Shown here piece after piece: positions 62,326-64,000 of a DNA stretch of 64,000 nt. Under the pieces are notes generated by a model that searched no databases, was not told where the DNA came from, and saw only the letters and a list, made by a program, of their open reading frames with translations. Within the stretch, counting starts at the first letter, position 1; each line of letters starts with the position of its first letter. The stretch comes from Basidiobolus meristosporus CBS 931.73 (lineage: Eukaryota > Fungi > Basidiobolomycota): positions 62,001 through 126,000 of the forward strand of contig MCFE01000026.1 of assembly GCA_002104905.1 (NCBI GenBank), given 5' to 3'. Both the position numbers and the translations under genes were made by a program.

Positions 62326-64000
62326 TGTTGCAATTTAAGAGGTGATTTGGATATAAGGAACTTATCAAGAAATAGTGATAATAGTCAAACTGTTGTTAAT
62401 TACTAAAGAAGCTCAGTATTTATACCTTTGTAGAAGTAATACAGCTGTTGCACTAAGTAAGGAGGGTTTCTCAATATTCAGGAGCATTCTGTAACAGTTT
62501 TAGGGTTAATACATAATAGCTGGTATTAGTGCTAATTTGATCCTGACTATAGAGGAATATTCATAAGATCATAGATCTGAAGAAAGTGACAAAGTTGGAG
62601 CTATAAATTAGTCCCACAGTGATGAATACTAGTCCAGAATTGTTAAGTAAATTTTTAGCTGCAGAATGATACCAAATAGTCCAATATTTCAACACTCCCC
62701 CTCAACTAAATAATTTCTTAATCCTAATTCCTCTTGAAGATTCTCAAGTTCTGGCCTAGCTAGTGATTTTGTCAATATATCTGCCACCATTTTGTTAGTT
62801 GGGCAGTACACTAAATCTACTAAGTTATCTTCTACAGCTTCCCTCACAAAGTGATGCTGTATATCAATGTGCTTAGTTCTGGCATGATTAGTAGGATTTC
62901 TAGCTAATGAAATACAACTTTGATGATCCTTGTAAATACATGTTGGTTCATCTGAATTAAAACCTAAGTCTTTGAATAATTTTTGTAGCCATATAGCGTC
63001 CTTGGTTGCTTGACATGCAGCCATATATTTGGCTTCAGCTGTAGATAGGTCCACAGCTGGTTGTTTCTTGCAATTCCAAGTAATAGCTGCACCAGCATAA
63101 AGAAATACATAGCCTGTGGTAGAGCATCTGTGAATTGGATCCCTACCCCAATCTGAATCATTATAACCATCAAATTTTTGCCTATTAGCTGCTCCAGAGT
63201 ATTCCAGTACCATATTTGTGGTACCTTGTAGATATCCGAAAATCTGCTTAACTGCTGCAATTTGATCTGATCCATAATTCTGCATGAATTGACTGTCTAT
63301 TCCAACTGCCACTGCAATATCAGGATGTGTAGGCACCATCAAGTACATTAGGATACCAACCATTGATTGATAGGGAAAGTTTTGGTCCATATTTGAGCCG
63401 TTTTCATCAAATACTGGCTGAGATTTGCTTAATTTCAGGTTGTTGTCCATAGGGGTAGCTGCAGGTTTGCAGTTTTCCATTTTGAAGTCTCTAAGAATGT
63501 CCCTGATGTACTTAGACTGCTTCAGCACAATTTTCTGCGTAGGTATGTCAAATTTGACCTCAATTCCAAGAAAATAGCTCAATTTTCCAAGATCTTTCTT
63601 CTCAAACTTGCTGAAGAGATCTGATTTTGTCTGTATTAGTGCCTCTTGGTCATTTGAAGCTATAATTGGGTTGTCCACATAAAGAACCAGGATGATCACA
63701 CCCATTTTGAGCTGTTTCACATATATACTGTGATCTGCAGTGCTACAAGAGAACCCAGTTTCCTCTAGATATGTGTCAATCTTTTTATACCATGCTCTAG
63801 GTGCCTGCTTAAGCCCATACAACAGTTTTCTAAGTTTGCATACCTGATAGGGTACTTTTGGATCGGTAAAGCCTTCTGGTTGCTCCATATATATAGTTTC
63901 TTGCAAATCCCCATTTAGAAAGGCTGTTTTGACGTCCATTTGGTGTAGATGTAGACTGTGTACAGCTGCCAGGGCTACAACTGTCCTAATTGAGTTAAAC
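62326..64000 (-). mobile_element. Copia family 2 element, 3' end (3' LTR 62326-62694, PPT, RT-RNase H); continues beyond the window
   Basis: LTR TGTTG...CAACA on the minus strand; PPT GAGGGGGAG; the pol stop lies in the first LTR bases. Confidence 0.95.
62689..64000 (-). pseudogene. Copia RT-RNase H open frame with catalytic YVDD changed to YVDN
   Basis: QMDVKTAFLNG, LYGLKQAPRAW, LYVDN, DSDWG, STAEAKY, KHIDIQHHFVRE, ADILTK. Confidence 0.9.

Noticed and set aside
17020-64000. Classical ascomycete CpA-directed RIP
   Set aside because: CpA and TpG are abundant and long TE frames rich in CAA/CAG codons stay open; the depleted dinucleotide is CpG.
1-64000. Species assignment (e.g. Entomophthorales)
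   Set aside because: The gene-island/TE-block architecture and gene set are suggestive, but this cannot be confirmed without a database search (e.g. BLAST of RPS1 and TAP42).

Overview
Eukaryotic, almost certainly fungal, genomic DNA in two sharply different halves. (1) 1 to about 17.0 kb is a compact, CpG-rich gene island with short GT-AG introns (about 55-70 nt) and 11 housekeeping genes: NTE1 (5' partial), dolichyl-pyrophosphate phosphatase, BUD22, EMC8/9, an hSSB1/SOSS-B-like OB-fold gene missed by the ORF track, an intronless membrane protein, NHP10, RPS1, NEM1, MNL1/EDEM and TAP42. (2) About 17.0-64 kb is a gene-free, strongly CpG-depleted block of nested repeats. It holds two Ty1/copia families, a Ty3 family (three copies, one with both LTRs), a 1.07-kb LTR family, a PIF/Harbinger-type (PHIS) DNA transposon with TIRs and an AAT TSD, CACTA/CMC-like relics, and about 11 kb of a 34-bp satellite with layered higher-order repeats. 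The most interesting signals are direct footprints of repeat-restricted CpG hypermutation (in TSDs, TIRs and catalytic codons, possibly TCG-biased), CpG-centred target sites of one LTR family, LTR-into-own-LTR insertions, and the old-flank/young-core satellite. The gene set and architecture suggest an early-diverging fungus with a TE-inflated genome (inference only). All alignments, intron calls and counts were done by eye.
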